NCBI GenBank assembly: GCA_964016885.1 | Contig: OZ024745.1 | Coordinates: 21,886,001 to 21,950,000 of the forward strand | DNA length: 64,000 nucleotides | Direction of reading: 5' to 3' | Source of the DNA: Eledone cirrhosa | Taxonomy: Eukaryota | The notes under the pieces: model-generated | Told to the model about the DNA's origin: nothing | Database searches by the model: none | What the model saw: only the letters and a program-made list of their open reading frames with translations | Made by a program: the position numbers and the translations under genes | Shown here: in pieces, positions 13,101 to 27,819 of the stretch | Layout of the letters: each line of letters begins with the position of its first letter | How positions within the stretch are numbered: the stretch's first letter is position 1

Positions 13101-16100
13101 ATGGTTCTGTTCTATATAGTTATGGTTCTGTTCTATATAGTTATATTTCTGTTCTATATAGTTATTGTTCTGTTCTATATAGTTATTGTTCTGTTCTATC
13201 TAGTTATGGTTGTTTTCTATTTAGTTATGGTTCTGTTCTATATAGTTATATTTCTGTTCTATATATGTATTGTTCTGTTCTATATAGTTATGGTTCTGTT
13301 CTATATAGTTATGGTTCTGTTCTATATAATTATATTTCTGTTCTGTATAGTTATTTTTCTGTTCTATATAGTTATGTTTCTGTTCTATATAGTTATGGTT
13401 CTGTTCTATATAGTTATGTTTCTGTTCTATATAGTTATGGTTCTGTTCTATATAGTTATGGTTCTGTTCTATATAGTTATGGTTCTGATCTATATAATTA
13501 TGGTTCTGTTCTGTAAAGTTATGGTTCTTTTCTATATAGTTATGATTCTGTTCTATATAGTTATGGTTCTGTTCTATATAGTTATGGTTCTGTTCTGTAT
13601 AGTTATGGTTCTGTTCTATATATTTATGGTTCTGCTCTATATAATTATGGTACTATTCTATATAGTTATGGTTCAGTTCTGTATAGTTATATTTCTGTTC
13701 TATATATTTATGGTTCTGTTCTATATAGTTATGATTCTGTTCTGTATAGTTATGTTTCTGTTCTATATAGTTATGGTTCTGTTCTATATAGTTATATTTC
13801 TGTTCTTTATAGTTATTGTTCTGTTCTATATAGTTATGGTTCTGTTCTATCTAGTTATGGTTCTGTTCTATATAGTTATGGTTCTGTTCTATATAGTTAT
13901 ATTTCTGTTCTATATAGTTATTGTTCTGTTCTATATAGTTATGATTCTGTTCTATATAGTTATATTTCTGTTCTGTATAGTTATTGTTCTGTTCTATATA
14001 GTTTTGGTTCTGTTCTATATAGTTATGGTTCTGTTCTATATAGTTATATTTCTGTTCTATATAGTTATATTTCTGTTCTATATAGTTATGGTTCTGTTCT
14101 GTATAGTTATGGTTCTCTTCTGTATAGTTATGGTACTGTTCTATATAGTTATGGTCCTGTTCTATATAGTTATGGTTCTGTTCTATATATTTATGGTTCT
14201 GTTCTATATAGTTATGGTTCTGTTCTATATAGTTATGGTTCTTTTCTATATAGTTATGGTTCTGTTCTATATAGTTATGGTTCTGTTCTACATAGTTATA
14301 TTTCTGTTCTATATAGTTATTGTTCTGTTCTATATAGTTATGGTTCTGTTCTATATAGTTATGGTTCTGTTCTGTATAGTTATGGTTCTGTTCTATATAG
14401 TTATGGTTCTGTTCTGTATAGTTATGGTTCTGTTCTATATAGTTATTGTTCTGTTCTATATAGTTATGGTTCTGTTCTATATAGTTATGGTTCTGTTCTG
14501 TATAGTTATGGTTCTGTTCTATATAGTTATGGTTCTGTTCTGTATAGTTATGGTTCTGTTCTATATAGTTATGATTCTGTTCTATATAGTTATATTTCTG
14601 TTCTATATAGTTATGGTACTGTTCTATATAGTTATGGTTCTGTTCTGTATAGTTATGGTTCTGTTCTATATAGTTATGGTTCTGTTCTATATAGTTATGT
14701 CTCTGTTCTATATAGTTATGTTTCTGTTCTATATAGTAATATTTCTGTTCTATATAGTTATGGTTCTGTTCTGTATAGTTATGTTTCTGTTCTATATAGT
14801 TATATTTCTGTTCTATGTAGTTATGGTTCTGTTCTATATAGTTATGGTTCTGTTCTATCTAGTTATGGTTCTGTTCTGTATAGTTATGGTTCTGTTCTGT
14901 ATTGTTATGGTTCTGTTCTATATAGTTATATTTCTGTTCTATATAGTTATGGTTCTGTTCTATATAGTTATGGTTCTTTTCTATATAGTTATGGTTCTGT
15001 TCTATATAGTTATGGTTCTGTTCTATATAGTTATGGTTCTGTTCTGTATAGTTATGGTTCTGTTCTATATAGTTATTGTTCTGTTCTATATTGTTATTGT
15101 TCTGTTCTATATAATTATGGTTCTGTTCTGTATAGTTATTGTTCTGTTCTATATAGCTATGGTTCTGTTATGTATAGTTATGGTTCTGTTCTATATAGTT
15201 ATGATTCTGTTCTATATAGTTATATTTCTGTTCTATATAGTTATGGTACTGTTCTATATAGTTATGGTTCTGTTCTGTATAGTTATGGTTCTGTTCTATT
15301 TAGTTATGGTTCTGTTCTATATAGTAATGGTTCTGTTCTATATAGTCATGGTTCTGTTCTATATAGTTATGGTTCTGTTCTATATAGTTATGGCTCTGTT
15401 CTATATAGTTATGTTTCTGTTCTATATAGTTATATTTCTGTTCTATATAGTTATGGTTCTGTTCTGTATAGTTATGGTTCTGTTCTATATAGTTATGGTT
15501 CTGTTCTATCTAGTTATGGTTCTGTTCTGTATAGTTATGGTTCTGTTCTGTATAGTTATGGTTCTGTTCTGTATAGTTATGGTTCTGTTCTATACAGTTA
15601 TGGTTCTGTTCTGTATAGTTATGGTTCTGTTCTATATAGTTATGGTTCTGTTCTATATAGTTATGGTTCTGTTCTATACAGTTATGCTTCTGTTCTGTAT
15701 AGTTATGGTTCTGTTCTATATAGTTATATTTCTGTTCTATATAGTTATGGTTCTGTTCTGTATAGTTATGGTTCTGTTCTGTATAGTAATTGTTCTGTTC
15801 TATATAGTTATGGTTCTGTTCTGTATAGTTACGGTTCTGTTCTATACAGTTATGGTTCTGTTCTATATAGTTATGGTTCTGTTCTATATAGTTATGATTC
15901 TGTTCTGTATAGTTATGGTACTGTTCTATATGGTTATGGTTCTGTTCTATATAGTTATGGTTCTGTTCTATATAGTTATGGTTCTGTTCTATATAGTTAT
16001 ATTTCTGTTCTATATAGTTATGGTTCTGTTCTGTATAGTTATGGTTCTGTTCTGTATAGTTATGGTTCTGTTCTATATAGTTATGGTTCTGTTCTGTATA

Positions 16101-17000
16101 GTTATGGTTCTGTTCTGTATAGTTATGGTACTGTTCTATATGGTTATGGTTCTGTTCTATATAGTTATGGTTCTGTTCTATATAGTTATATTTCTGTTCT
16201 ATATAGTTATGGTTCTGTTCTATATAGTTATGGTTCTGTTCTATATAGTTATGGTTCTGTTCTATATAGTTATATTTCTGTTCTATATAGTTATTGTTCT
16301 GTTCTATATAGTTATTGTTCTGTTCTATCTAGTTATGGTTGTTTTCTATTTAGTTATGGTTCTGTTCTATATAGTTATATTTCTGTTCTATATATTTATT
16401 GTTCTGTTCTATATAGTTATGGTTCTGTTCTATATAGTTATGGTTCTGTTCTATATAATTATATTTCTGTTCTGTATAGTTATTTTTCTGTTCTATATAG
16501 TTATGTTTCTGTTCTATATAGTTATGGTTCTGTTCTATATAGTTATGTTTCTGTTCTATATAGTTATGGTTCTGTTCTATATAGTTATGGTTCTGTTCTA
16601 TATAATTATGGTTCTGTTCTGTATAGTTATGGTTTTTTCTATATAGTTATGGTTCTGTTCTATATAGTTATGGTTCTGTTCTATATAGTTATGGTTCTGT
16701 TCTGTATAGTTATGGTTCTGTTCTATATAGTTATGGTTCTGCTCTATATAATTATGGTACTATTCTATATAGTTATGGTTCAGTTCTGTATAGTTATATT
16801 TCTGTTCTATATATTTATGGTTCTGTTCTATATAGTTATGATTCTGTTCTGTATAGTTATGGTTCTGTTCTATATAGTTATGGTTCTGTTCTATATAGTT
16901 ATATTTCTGTTCTTTATAGTTATTGTTCTGTTCTATATAGTTATGGTTCTGTTCTATCTAGTTATGGTTCTGTTCTATATAGTTATGGTTCTGTTCTATA
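7180..17000. repeat. ~5.1-kb-offset duplication: ~7180-11900 repeated at ~12240-17000; ends approximate
   Basis: Shared rare markers: CTGTATAATT at 7264/12324 (offset 5,060), CTGATC + TGTAAAG ending 8372/13516 (5,144), GTTATGTAT at 10026/15170 (5,144) and the 20-bp monomer at 11527/16629 (5,102). Each offset is n x 21 - 1. Confidence 0.88.
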
Positions 17001-20000
17001 TAGTTATATTTCTGTTCTATATAGTTATTGTTCTGTTCTATATAGTTATGGTTCTGTTCTATATAGTTATATTTCTGTTCTGTATAGTTATTGTTCTGTT
17101 CTATATAGTTTTGGTTCTGTTCTATATAGTTATGGTTCTGTTCTATATAGTTATATTTCTGTTCTATATAGTTATTGTTCTGTTCTATATAGTTATGATT
17201 CTGTTCTATATAGTTATATTTCTGTTCTGTATAGTTATTGTTCTGTTCTATATAGTTTTGGTTCTGTTCTATATAGTTATGGTTCTGTTCTATATAGTTA
17301 TATTTCTGTTCTATATAGTTATATTTCTGTTCTATATAGTTATGGTTCTGTTCTGTATAGTTATGGTTCTCTTCTGTATAGTTATGGTACTGTTCTATAT
17401 AGTTATGGTCCTGTTCTATATAGTTATGGTTCTGTTCTATATATTTATGGTTCTGTTCTATATAGTTATGGTTCTGTTCTATATAGTTATGGTTCTTTTC
17501 TATATAGTTATGGTTCTGTTCTATATAGTTATGGTTCTGTTCTACATAGTTATATTTCTGTTCTATATAGTTATTGTTCTGTTCTATATAGTTATGGTTC
17601 TGTTCTATATAGTTATGGTTCTGTTCTGTATAGTTATGGTTCTGTTCTATATAGTTATGGTTCTGTTCTGTATAGTTATGGTTCTGTTCTATATAGTTAT
17701 TGTTCTGTTCTATATAGTTATGGTTCTGTTCTATATAGTTATGGTTCTGTTCTGTATAGTTATGGTTCTGTTCTATATAGTTATGGTTCTGTTCTGTATA
17801 GTTATGGTTCTGTTCTATATAGTTATGATTCTGTTCTATATAGTTATATTTCTGTTCTATATAGTTATGGTACTGTTCTATATAGTTATGGTTCTGTTCT
17901 GTATAGTTATGGTTCTGTTCTATATAGTTATGGTTCTGTTCTATATAGTTATGTCTCTGTTCTATATAGTTATGTTTCTGTTCTATATAGTAATATTTCT
18001 GTTCTATATAGTTATGGTTCTGTTCTGTATAGTTATGTTTCTGTTCTATATAGTTATATTTCTGTTCTATGTAGTTATGGTTCTGTTCTATATAGTTATG
18101 GTTCTGTTCTATCTAGTTATGGTTCTGTTCTGTATAGTTATGGTTCTGTTCTGTATTGTTATGGTTCTGTTCTATATAGTTATATTTCTGTTCTATATAG
18201 TTATGGTTCTGTTCTATATAGTTATGGTTCTTTTCTATATAGTTATGGTTCTGTTCTATATAGTTATGGTTCTGTTCTATATAGTTATGGTTCTGTTCTG
18301 TATAGTTATGGTTCTGTTCTATATAGTTATTGTTCTGTTCTATATTGTTATTGTTCTGTTCTATATAATTATGGTTCTGTTCTGTATAGTTATTGTTCTG
18401 TTCTATATAGCTATGGTTCTGTTATGTATAGTTATGGTTCTGTTCTATATAGTTATGATTCTGTTCTATATAGTTATATTTCTGTTCTATATAGTTATGG
18501 TACTGTTCTATATAGTTATGGTTCTGTTCTGTATAGTTATGGTTCTGTTCTATTTAGTTATGGTTCTGTTCTATATAGTAATGGTTCTGTTCTATATAGT
18601 CATGGTTCTGTTCTATATAGTTATGGTTCTGTTCTATATAGTTATGGCTCTGTTCTATAAAGTTATGTTTATGTTCTATATAGTTATATTTCTGTTCTAT
18701 ATAGTTATGGTTCTGTTCTGTATAGTTATGGTTCTGTTCTATATAGTTATGGTTCTGTTCTATCTAGTTATGGTTCTGTTCTGTATAGTTATGGTTCTGT
18801 TCTGTATAGTTATGGTTCTGTTCTGTATAGTTATGGTTCTGTTCTATACAGTTATGGTTCTGTTCTGTATAGTTATGGTTCTGTTCTATATAGTTATGGT
18901 TCTGTTCTATATAGTTATGGTTCTGTTCTATACAGTTATGCTTCTGTTCTGTATAGTTATGGTTCTGTTCTATATAGTTATATTTCTGTTCTATATAGTT
19001 ATGGTTCTGTTCTGTATAGTTATGGTTCTGTTCTGTATAGTAATTGTTCTGTTCTATATAGTTATGGTTCTGTTCTGTATAGTTACGGTTCTGTTCTATA
19101 CAGTTATGGTTCTGTTCTATATAGTTATGGTTCTGTTCTATATAGTTATGATTCTGTTCTGTATAGTTATGGTACTGTTCTATATGGTTATGGTTCTGTT
19201 CTATATAGTTATGGTTCTGTTCTATATAGTTATGGTTCTGTTCTATATAGTTATGGTTCTGTTCTATATAGTTATATTTCTGTTCTATATAGTTATGGTT
19301 CTGTTCTGTATAGTTATGGTTCTGTTCTGTATAGTTATGGTTCTGTTCTATATAGTTATGGTTCTGTTCTGTATAGTTATGGTTCTGTTCTGTATAGTTA
19401 TGGTACTGTTCTATATGGTTATGGTTCTGTTCTATATAGTTATGGTTCTGTTCTATATAGTTATATTTCTGTTCTATATAGTTATGGTTCTGTTCTATAT
19501 AGTTATGGTTCTGTTCTATATAGTTATGGTTCTGTTCTATATAGTTATATTTCTGTTCTATATAGTTATTGTTCTGTTCTATATAGTTATTGTTCTGTTC
19601 TATCTAGTTATGGTTGTTTTCTATTTAGTTATGGTTCTGTTCTATATAGTTATATTTCTGTTCTATATATTTATTGTTCTGTTCTATATAGTTATGGTTC
19701 TGTTCTATATAGTTATGGTTCTGTTCTATATAATTATATTTCTGTTCTGTATAGTTATTTTTCTGTTCTATATAGTTATGTTTCTGTTCTATATAGTTAT
19801 GGTTCTGTTCTATATAGTTATGTTTCTGTTCTATATAGTTATGGTTCTGTTCTATATAGTTATGGTTCTGTTCTATATAATTATGGTTCTGTTCTGTATA
19901 GTTATGGTTTTTTCTATATAGTTATGGTTCTGTTCTATATAGTTATGGTTCTGTTCTATATAGTTATGGTTCTGTTCTGTATAGTTATGGTTCTGTTCTA

Positions 20001-20350
20001 TATAGTTATGGTTCTGCTCTATATAATTATGGTACTATTCTATATAGTTATGGTTCAGTTCTGTATAGTTATATTTCTGTTCTATATATTTATGGTTCTG
20101 TTCTATATAGTTATGATTCTGTTCTGTATAGTTATGGTTCTGTTCTATATAGTTATGGTTCTGTTCTATATAGTTATATTTCTGTTCTTTATAGTTATTG
20201 TTCTGTTCTATATAGTTATGGTTCTGTTCTATCTAGTTATGGTTCTGTTCTATATAGTTATGGTTCTGTTCTATATAGTTATATTTCTGTTCTATATAGT
20301 TATTGTTCTGTTCTATATAGTTATGGTTCTGTTCTATATAGTTATATTTC
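13920..20350. repeat. ~3.25-kb tandem duplication (~13920-17170 repeated at ~17170-20350); ends approximate
   Basis: CTACATAG at 14291/17545 and GTTATGTAT at 15170/18424 are offset by 3,254. The 20-bp ATGGTTTTTTC monomer at 16629/19904 is offset by 3,275. Confidence 0.82.
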
Positions 20351-23300
20351 TGTTCTGTATAGTTATTGTTCTGTTCTATATAGTTTTGGTTCTGTTCTAT
20401 ATAGTTATGGTTCTGTTCTATATAGTTATATTTCTGTTCTATATAGTTATATTTCTGTTCTATATAGTTATGGTTCTGTTCTGTATAGTTATGGTTCTCT
20501 TCTGTATAGTTATGGTACTGTTCTATATAGTTATGGTCCTGTTCTATATAGTTATGGTTCTGTTCTATATATTTATGGTTCTGTTCTATATAGTTATGGT
20601 TCTGTTCTATATAGTTATGGTTCTTTTCTATATAGTTATGGTTCTGTTCTATATAGTTATGGTTCTGTTCTACATAGTTATATTTCTGTTCTATATAGTT
20701 ATTGTTCTGTTCTATATAGTTATGGTTCTGTTCTATATAATTATGGTTCTGTTCTGTATAGTTATGGTTCTGTTCTATATAGTTATGGTTCTGTTCTGTA
20801 TAGTTATGGTTCTGTTCTATATAGTTATTGTTCTGTTCTATATAGTTATGGTTCTGTTCTATATAGTTATGGTTCTGTTCTGTATAGTTATGGTTCTGTT
20901 CTATATAGTTATGGTTCTGTTCTGTATAGTTATGGTTCTGTTCTATATAGTTATGATTCTGTTCTATATTGTTATATTTCTGTTCTATATAGTTATGGTA
21001 CTGTTCTATATAGTTATGGTTCTGTTCTGTATAGTTATGGTTCTGTTCTATATAGTTATGGTTCTGTTCTATATAGTAATGGTTCTGTTCTATATAGTTA
21101 TGGTTCTGTTCTATATAGTTATGGTTCTGTTCTATATAGTTATGGCTCTGTTCTATATAGTTATGTTTCTGTTCTATATAGTTATATTTCTGTTCTATAT
21201 AGTTATGGTTCTGTTCTGTATAGTTATGTTTCTGTTCTATATAGTTATATTTCTGTTCTATGTAGTTATGGTTCTGTTCTATATAGTTATGGTTCTGTTC
21301 TATCTAGTTATGGTTCTGTTCTGTATAGTTATGGTTCTGTTCTGTATTGTTATGGTTCTGTTCTATATAGTTATATTTCTGTTCTATATAGTTATGGTTC
21401 TGTTCTGTATAGTTATGGTTCTGTTCTATATAGTTATATTTCTGTTCTATATATTTATGGTTCTGTTCTATATAGTTATGGTTCTGTTCTGTATAGTTAT
21501 GGTTCTGTTCTGTATAGTTATGGTTCTGTTCTATACAGTTATGGTTCTGTTCTGTATAGTTATGGTTCTGTTCTATATAGTTATGGTTCTGTTCTATATA
21601 GTTATGGTTCTGTTCTATACAGTTATGCTTCTGTTCTGTATAGTTATGGTTCTGTTATATATAGTTATATTTCTGTTCTATATAGTTATGGTTCTGTTCT
21701 GTATAGTTATGGTTCTGTTCTGTATAGTAATTGTTCTGTTCTATATAGTTATGGTTCTGTTCTGTATAGTTACGGTTCTGTTCTATACAGTTATGGTTCT
21801 GTTCTATATAGTTATGGTTCTGTTCTATATAGTTATGTTTCTGTTCTATATAGTTATGGTTCTGTTCTGTATAGTTATGATTCTGTTCTATATAGTTATA
21901 TTTCTGTTCTATATAGTTATGGTTCTGTTCTATATAGTTATATTTCTGTTCTATATAGTTATATTTCTGTTCTATATAGTTATGGTTCTGTTCTATATAG
22001 TTATGGTTCTGTTCTATATAGTTATGGTTCTGTTCTATATAGTTATATTTCTGTTCTATATAGTTATGGTTCTGTTCTATATAGTTATGGTTCTGTTCTG
22101 TATAGTTATGGTTCTGTTCTATATAGTTATGGTTCTGTTCTATATAGTTAGGGATCTGTTCTGTATAGTTATGGTTCTGTTCTATATAGTTATATTTCTG
22201 TTCTATATAGTTATATTTCTGTTCTATATAGTTATGGTTCTGTTCTATATAGTTATGGTTCTGTTCTATATAGTTATAGTTCTGTTCTATATAGTTATAT
22301 TTCTGTTCTATATAGTTATGGTTCTGTTCTATATAGTTATGGTTCTGTTCTATATAGTTATATTTCTGTCCTATATAGTTATGGTTCTGTTCTATATAGT
22401 TATGGTTCTGTTCTATATAGTTATATTTCTGTTCTATATAGTTATGGTTCTGTTCTATATAGTTATGGTCCTGTTCTATATAGTTATGGTTCTGTTCTAT
22501 ATAGTTACGGTTCTGTTCTATACAGTTATGGTTCTGTTCTATATAGTTATGGTACTGTTCTATATAGTTATGGTTCTGTTCTATATAGTTATATTTCTGT
22601 TCTATATAGTTATGGTTCTGTTCTATATAGTTATGGTTCTGTTCTGTATAGTTACGGTTCTGTTCTATACAGTTATGGTTCTGTTCTATATAGTTATGGT
22701 TCTGTTCTATATAGTTATGGTTCTGTTCTATATAGTTATGGTTCTGTTCTGTATAGTTATGGTTCTGTTCTATATAGTTATATTTCTGTTCTATATAGTT
22801 ATGGTTCTGTTCTATATAGTTGTGGTTCTGTTCTATATAGTTATGGTTCTGTTCTATATAGTTATGGTTCTGTTCTATATAGTTATGGTTCTGTTCTGTA
22901 TAGTTATGGTACTGTTCTATATGGTTATGGTTCTGTTCTATATAGTTATGGTTCTGTTCTATATAGTTATGGTTCTGTTCTGTATAGTTATGGTACTGTT
23001 CTATATGGTTATGGTTCTGTTCTATATAGTTATGGTTCTGTTCTATATAGTTATGGTTCTGTTCTATATAGTTATGGTTCTGTTCTATATAGTTATGTTT
23101 CTGTTCTGTATAGTTATGGTTCTGTTCTATATAGTTATGGTTCTGTTCTATATAGTTATGGTTCTGTTCTGTATAGTTATGGTTCTGTTCTATATAGTTA
23201 TGGTTCTGTTCTATATAGTTATGGTTCTTTTCTATATAGTTATGGTTCTGTTCTATATAGTTATGGTACTGTTCTATATAGTTATGGTTCTGTTCTATAT

Positions 23301-26300
23301 AGTTATATTTCTGTTCTTTATAGTTATTGTTCTGTTCTATATAGTTATGGTTCTGTTCTATCTAGTTATGGTTCTGTTCTATATAGTTATATTTCTGTTC
23401 TTTATAGTTGTTGTTCTGTTCTATATAGTTATGGTTCTGTTCTATATAGTTATGGTTCTGTTCTATATAGTTATATTTCTGTTCTGTATAGTTATTGTTC
23501 TGTTCTATATAGTTTTGGTTCTGTTCTATATAGTTATGGTTCTGTTCTATATAGTAATGGTTCTGTTCTATATAGTTATATTTCTGTTCTATATAGTTAT
23601 GTTCTGTTCTATATAGTAATGGTTCTGTTCTATATAGTTATGGTTCTGTTCTATATAGTTATGGTTCTGTTCTATATAGTTATGGTTCTGTTCTGTATAG
23701 TTATGGTTCTGTTCTGTATAGTTATGGTTCTGTTCTATATAGTTATATTTCTGTTCTATATAGTTATGGTTCTGTTCTGTATAATTATGGTTCTGTTCTA
23801 TATAGTTATATTTCTGTTCTATATAGTTATGGTTCTGTTCTATATAGTTATGGTTCTGTTCTGTATAGTTATGGTTCTGTTCTGTATAGTTATGGTTCTG
23901 TTCTATACAGTTATGGTTCTGTTCTGTATAGTTATGGTTCTGTTCTATATAGTTATGGTTCTGTTCTATATAGTTATTGTTCTGTTCTATACAGTTATGG
24001 TTCTGTTCTGTATAGTTATGGTTCTGTTCTATATAGTTATATTTCTGTTCTATATAGTTATGGTTCTGTTCTGTATAGTTATGGTTCTGTTCTGTATAGT
24101 AATTGTTCTGTTCTATATAGTTATGGTTCTGTTCTGTATAGTTACGGTTCTGTTCTATACAGTTATGGTTCGGTTCTATATAGTTATGGTTCTGTTCTAT
24201 ATAGTTATGTTTCTGTTCTGTATAGTTATGGTTCTGTTCTGTATAGTTATGGTTCTGTTCTATACAGTTATGGTTCTGTTCTATATAGTTATGGTTCTGT
24301 TCTGTATAGTTATGGTTCTGTTCTGTATAGTTATGGTTCTGTTCTATACAGTTATGGTTCTGTTCTATATAGTTATGGTTCTGTTCTATATAGTTATGTT
24401 TCTGTTCTATATAGTTATGGTTCTGTTCTGTATAGTTATGGTTCTGTTCTATATAGTTATATTTCTGTTCTATATAGTTATGGTTCTGTTCTATATAGTT
24501 ATATTTCTGTTCTATATAGTTATGGTTCTGTTCTATATAGTTATGGTTCTGTTCTATATAGTTATGGTTCTGTTCTATATAGTGATATTTCTGTTCTATA
24601 TAGTTAGGGATCTGTTCTGTATAGTTATAGTTCTGTTCTATATAGTTATATTTCTGTTCTATATAGTTATGGTTCTGTTCTATATAGTTATATTTCTGTT
24701 CTATATAGTTATGTTTCTGTTCTATATAATTATGGTACTGTTCTATATAGTTATATTTCTGTTCTATATAGTTATGGTTCTGTTCTGTATAGTTATGGTT
24801 CTGTTCTATATAGTTATGTTTCTGTTCTATACAGTTATGGTCCTGTTCTATATAGTTATGGTTCTGTTCTATATAGTTATATTTCTGTTCTATATAGTTA
24901 TGGTTCTGTTCTATATAGTTATATTTCTGTTCTATATAGTTATGGTTCTGTTCTGTATAGTTATGGTTCTGTTCTATATAGTTATGTTTCTGTTCTATAT
25001 AGTTATGGTTCTGTTCTATATAGTTATGGTTCTGTTCTATATAGTTATGATTCTGTTCTATATAGTTATGGTTCTGTTCTGTATAGTTATGGTTCTTTTC
25101 TATATAGTTATGGGTCTGTTCTATAAAGTTATGTTTCTGTTCTATATAGTTATGGTTCTGTTCTGTATAGTTATGGTTCTGTTCTATATAGTTATGGTTC
25201 TGTTCTATATAGTTATGGTACTATTCTATATAGTTATGGTTCTGTTCTGTGTAGTTATATTTCTGTTCTATATAGTTATGGTTCTGTTCTATATAGTTAT
25301 GATTCTGTTCTGTATAGTTATGATTCTGTTCTATATAGTTATGGTTCTGTTCTATATAGTTATATTTCTGTTCTTTATAGTTATTGTTCTGTTCTATATA
25401 GTTATGGTTCTGTTCTATCTAGTTATGGTTCTGTTCTATATAGTTATATTTCTGTTCTTTATAGTTATTGTTCTGTTCTATATAGTTATGGTTCTGTTCT
25501 ATATAGTTATGTTTCTGTTCTAAATAGTTATATTTCTGTTCTGTATAATTATTGTTCTGTTCTATATAGTTTTGGTTCTGTTCTATATAGTTATGGTTCT
25601 GTTCTATATAGTTATGGTTCTGTTCTATATAGTTATGGTTCTGTTCTGTATAGTTATGGTACTGTTCTATATGGTTATGGTTCTGTTCTATATAGTTATG
25701 GTTCTGTTCTATATAGTTATGGTTCTGTTCTATATATTTATATTTCTGTTCTATATAGTTATGTTTCTGTTCTGTATAGTTATGGTTCTGTTCTGTATAG
25801 TTATGGTTCTGTTCTATATAGTTATGGTTCTGTTCTGTATAGTTATGGTTCTGTTCTGTATAGTTATGGTACTGTTCTATATGGTTATGGTTCTGTTCTA
25901 TATAGTTATGGTTCTGTTCTATATAGTTATATTTCTGTTCTATATAGTTATGGTTCTGTTCTATATAGTTATGGTTCTGTTCTATATAGTTATGGTTCTG
26001 TTCTATATAGTTATGGTTCTGTTCTATATAATTATATTTCTGTTCTATATAGTTATGTTTCTGTTATTTATAGTTATGGTTCTGTTCTATATAGTTATGG
26101 TTCTGTTCTATATAGTTATATTTCTGTTCTATATAGTTATGGTTCTGTTCTATATAGTTATGGTTCTGTTTTATATAGTTATGGTTCTGTTCTATATAGT
26201 TATGGTTCTGTTCTATATAGTTATGGTTCTGTTCTATATAGTTATGGTTCTGATCTATATAGTTATGGTTCTGTTCTATATAGTTATGGTTCTGTTCTAT

Positions 26301-27819
26301 ATAGTTATGGTTCTGTTCTATATAGTTATGGTTCTGTTCTATATAGTTATATTTCTGTTCTATATAGTTATGGTTCTGTTCTATATAGTTATGGTTCTCT
26401 TCTATATAGTTATATTTCTGTTCTATATAGTTATGGTTCTGTTCTATATAGTTATGGTTCTGTTCTATATAGTTATGGTTCTGTTCTATATAGTTACGGT
26501 TCTGTTCTATACACTTATGGTTCTGTTCTATATAGTTATGGTACTGTTCTATATAGTTATGGTTCTGTTCTATATGGTTATATTTCTGTTCTATATAGAT
26601 ATGGTTCTGTTCTATATAGTTATGGTTCTGTTCTGTATAGTTACGGTTCTGTTCTATACAGTTATGGTTCTGTTCTGTATAGTTATGTTTCTGTTCTATA
26701 TAGTTATATTTCTGTTCTATATAGTTATGGTTCTGTTCTATATAGTTATGGTTCTGTTCTGTATAGTTATGGTTGTGTTCTATATAGTTATGGTTCTGTT
26801 CTGTATAGTTATGGTTCTGTTCTATATAGTTATATTTCTGTTCTATATAGTTATGGTTCTGTTCTATATAGTTGTGGTTCTGTTCTATATAGTTATGGTT
26901 CTGTTCTATATAGTTATGGTTCTGTCCTATATAGTTATGGTTCTGTTCTGTATAGTTATGGTACTGTTCTATATGGTTATGGTTCTGTTCTATATAGTTA
27001 TGGTTCTGTTCTATATAGTTATGTTTCTGTTCTATATAGTTATGGTTTCTGTTCTATATAGTTATGTTTCTGTTCTGTATAGTTATGGTTCTGTTCTATA
27101 TAGTTATGGTTCTGTTCTATATAATTATATTTCTGTTCTGTATAGTTATTGTTCTGTTCTATATAGTTATGGTTCTGTTCTATATAATTATGGTTCTGTT
27201 CTATATAATTATATTTCTGTTCTGTATAGTTATTGTTCTGTTCTATATAGTTATGGTTCTGTTCTATATAGTTATATTTCTGTTCTGTATAGTTATGGTT
27301 CTGTTCTATATAGTTATATTTCTGTTCTATGTAGTTATTGTTCTGTTCTATATAGTTATGGTTCTGTTCTATATAGTTATGGTTCTGTTCTATATAATTA
27401 TATTTCTGTTCTGTATAGTTATTGTTCTGTTCTATATAGTTATGTTTCTGTTCTATATAGTTATGGTTCTGTTCTATATAGTTATATTTCTGTTCTATAT
27501 AGTTATGGTTCTGTTCTGTATAGTTATGGTTCTGTTCTATATAGTTATGTTTCTGTTCTATATAATTATGGTACTGTTCTATATAGTTATATTTCTGTTC
27601 TATATAGTTATGGTTCTGTTCTGTATAGTTATGGTTCTGTTCTATATAGTTATGTTTCTGTTCTATACAGTTATGGTCCTGTTCTATATAGTTATGGTTC
27701 TGTTCTATATAGTTATATTTCTGTTCTATATAGTTATGGTTCTGTTCTATATAGGTATATTTCTGTTCTATATAGTTATGGTTCTGTTCTGTATAGTTAT
27801 GGTTCTGTTCTATATAGTT

